Source of the DNA: Prorocentrum cordatum
Lineage: Eukaryota
Reading direction: 5' to 3'
Assembly: GCA_963575745.1 (NCBI GenBank)
Contig: CAUYUJ010000214.1
Span: forward strand, 1-64,000
DNA length: 64,000 bases
The stretch's first letter is position 1. Every line of letters begins with the position of its first letter. Under the pieces are notes generated by a model. The model saw nothing but the letters and a program-made list of their open reading frames with translations, did no database searches and was not told where the DNA came from. Below, in pieces: positions 62,126 through 64,000 of this stretch. A program made the position numbers and the translations under genes.

Positions 62126-62589
62126 CCTACTCCTCCAACGCTTCTCGATGAAAGACGATGGCTCCGCGGCGCGGTGCCGACATGCACGCGCGGCTCCTCC
62201 CCCTTCCCCCTCCTCATCACCGGGCCCCGTCGTTGAAGAGCGTGCCCCACGCGGACGAAGAAACCTCTGAAACCCTGCCGTCTTATCTTCTTCTCCCTGG
62301 GGCGTCGGAGGTCTGGGGGCGTTTGCCGAGACAAGGGGGCTCCTCACCCCACGGGCTTCCGACATAATGATGCACCACCGAGCTGTGTCGGCTTGCCCGG
62401 ACCGAGCCCAATATCAAGGGCGGAGGGAGTGGGGGGAAACGAACGATGCGCGCTACTATCCGCGCCAGGTGGCGCACCATTGTGTCGACGCACCATATGA
62501 AGAGGGAAGTTGGAGGGAAGGTGTATTGCAACGTCGTTCACGCGTCTTGGGGTTTCACTGGTCCATCGTTCCTTTTCCTTGTAGATAAC

Positions 62590-63700
62590 TCCTCCCTGTC
62601 GCGCCCCGAGGCCAGTCGAAAAAGCGGGCCAGGCGTTTCGCTTGAAACTTTCTCACCTTTGATGATCCTGCACTGAAAAATTCGGCCACAGATTTACAGA
62701 TGGAGGGCGGGTGGTTTTGAACATGTGGCTCTCGCTTTAGCGTCGTGCACACTCGTATTAAACCTTACATCAAAGTACGGAAACAAATCCAGGCCAACGC
62801 TTTTACAGAGGCTCCTGGAGTCTGGATAAGGTTCCACATATCCTGAGCGGGTGTGCAGTTTATCGTGAGCTCCCAAATTGGTTTCGAACGTTTCCCGGAC
62901 CTGTTTAGAATTGTTGCTGAACATGTATCGGATCTTGGAACATTATTCGAAATGTTATCGATGTGTTGTTTCAAGCTTTGTCCACATTCATTTACAACAT
63001 TTGAACTTGTTCGGTCCCACCTGGACTTTCGAACTTGTTTCGGGCTTTTGCTTTCCGTGGTTTCCGAGCTCGAGCTTCTAATTCTTTCCTCGCCCGAACC
63101 ACAGCCCTAGTTTTTTACGTGTTCCAGCGAAGCCCATCTCGCCCCTCACCAGCCAATTCCAACCTTAGCGTCGTGCGCATTCGTATTACGAAATGCATTT
63201 TTTTTGCGGATTCAGGGAGGGTCGTTTTCAACACGTGGTTCTCGCGTTAACGCCGCGCACATTCTCTTTAAACGTCAGCAGCAGTTTCACGGATTGTGGG
63301 CGGTTCCGTTTCAGATTGTGGTTCTCGTTTTAGTGCCGCGCACATTCGTTTTAAGATTTCGTGAGAGTTTTCTTGATTGTCATGCTTAGCGTGACAGAGA
63401 TTGTGTTTTGGAAGGATGCAAGATTGTCAGGGCGCAACAGTCACGCCGATTCGCGGTGTTGCAGTCCCAGGAGTGGTGTTCTGGCACGATTCAGGAACGC
63501 CAAGACGTACCAGTCATATTGATTCGTGGCGTAGAACTCTTGAGAACAATGTTTTGGCACGCTTCAGGATTTTCACACGGTTGTCCCCCTACGGAGCAAT
63601 TCCTTCAGTGGCAATGAACCTTTTGTAGAGACCTTGAAGAGGGAGCTTGGAGGCACGGTGTATTCCAACATTGTTGATGAGTCTTGGGTTGACACTGGTC
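62590..63700 (-). mobile_element. Family A element (minus strand) split by an AT-richer TTCGAAC-motif insert (~62770-63160)
   Basis: Tail at 62590-62680; units at 62690-62760 and 63170-63380; head CTTGGGTTGACACTGGTC at ~63683-63700. Confidence 0.7.
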
Positions 63701-64000
63701 TTCTTCTTCTTCTCCCTCCTCCTCCTCCTTTTCCTTCCCCACCCTTCCTCCTCCATCCGACTTTTGAGCGCTTTGAGACAGTGGGTTTGGCGACTCGATA
63801 GCGTGCACCGCTGCTCGTCAGCTTGGTTTCGGCAGTTAGTGTGAGCAAGTGATGTTAGGGTTTTAGGACCCTGTTAACAGTGGGCAGGCTGGTGGCCTGC
63901 ACTTCGCGGCCGTTGGGTCGGCCCCAGGGCGTGTCTTGTCTCACGAAGCGGACATTGGCCCCAATGGGTGTCTGATCAGATTCTCCTCCATCGCGTCCTC

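Overview
GC-rich, repeat-saturated eukaryotic genomic DNA, most likely dinoflagellate. The basis is a 19/22 match to the dinoflagellate spliced leader at 12990-13011 and apparent GT/GC/GA-AG splice sites; the genus is not determinable here, though the repeat landscape resembles Prorocentrum-type genomes. Nearly all long ORFs in the supplied track are artefacts of microsatellite fields ((GAT)n, (GAG)n, (CAT)n, (TCTG)n) or GC-rich repeats. Supportable content: (1) a cryptic + strand multi-exon gene for a coiled-coil-like protein, reconstructed by hand from seven short phase-compatible exons over about 3.7-36.4 kb; (2) two decayed, 5'-truncated non-LTR retrotransposons (RTE-like at 43.6-45.7 kb; RT plus C-terminal zinc finger at 57.7-60.0 kb), both joined to microsatellites; (3) a spliced-leader-headed repeat at 13 kb that shares a ~75 bp leader with an intronless heptad-repeat pseudogene at 14.8-17.5 kb; (4) a minus-strand IQ-motif/Cys-rich relic at 40-41 kb; (5) many dispersed repeat families, 83-130 bp minisatellites, MITE-like elements and palindromes. 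No rRNA, tRNA or CRISPR array was seen. All alignments were done by eye, so repeat boundaries are approximate.
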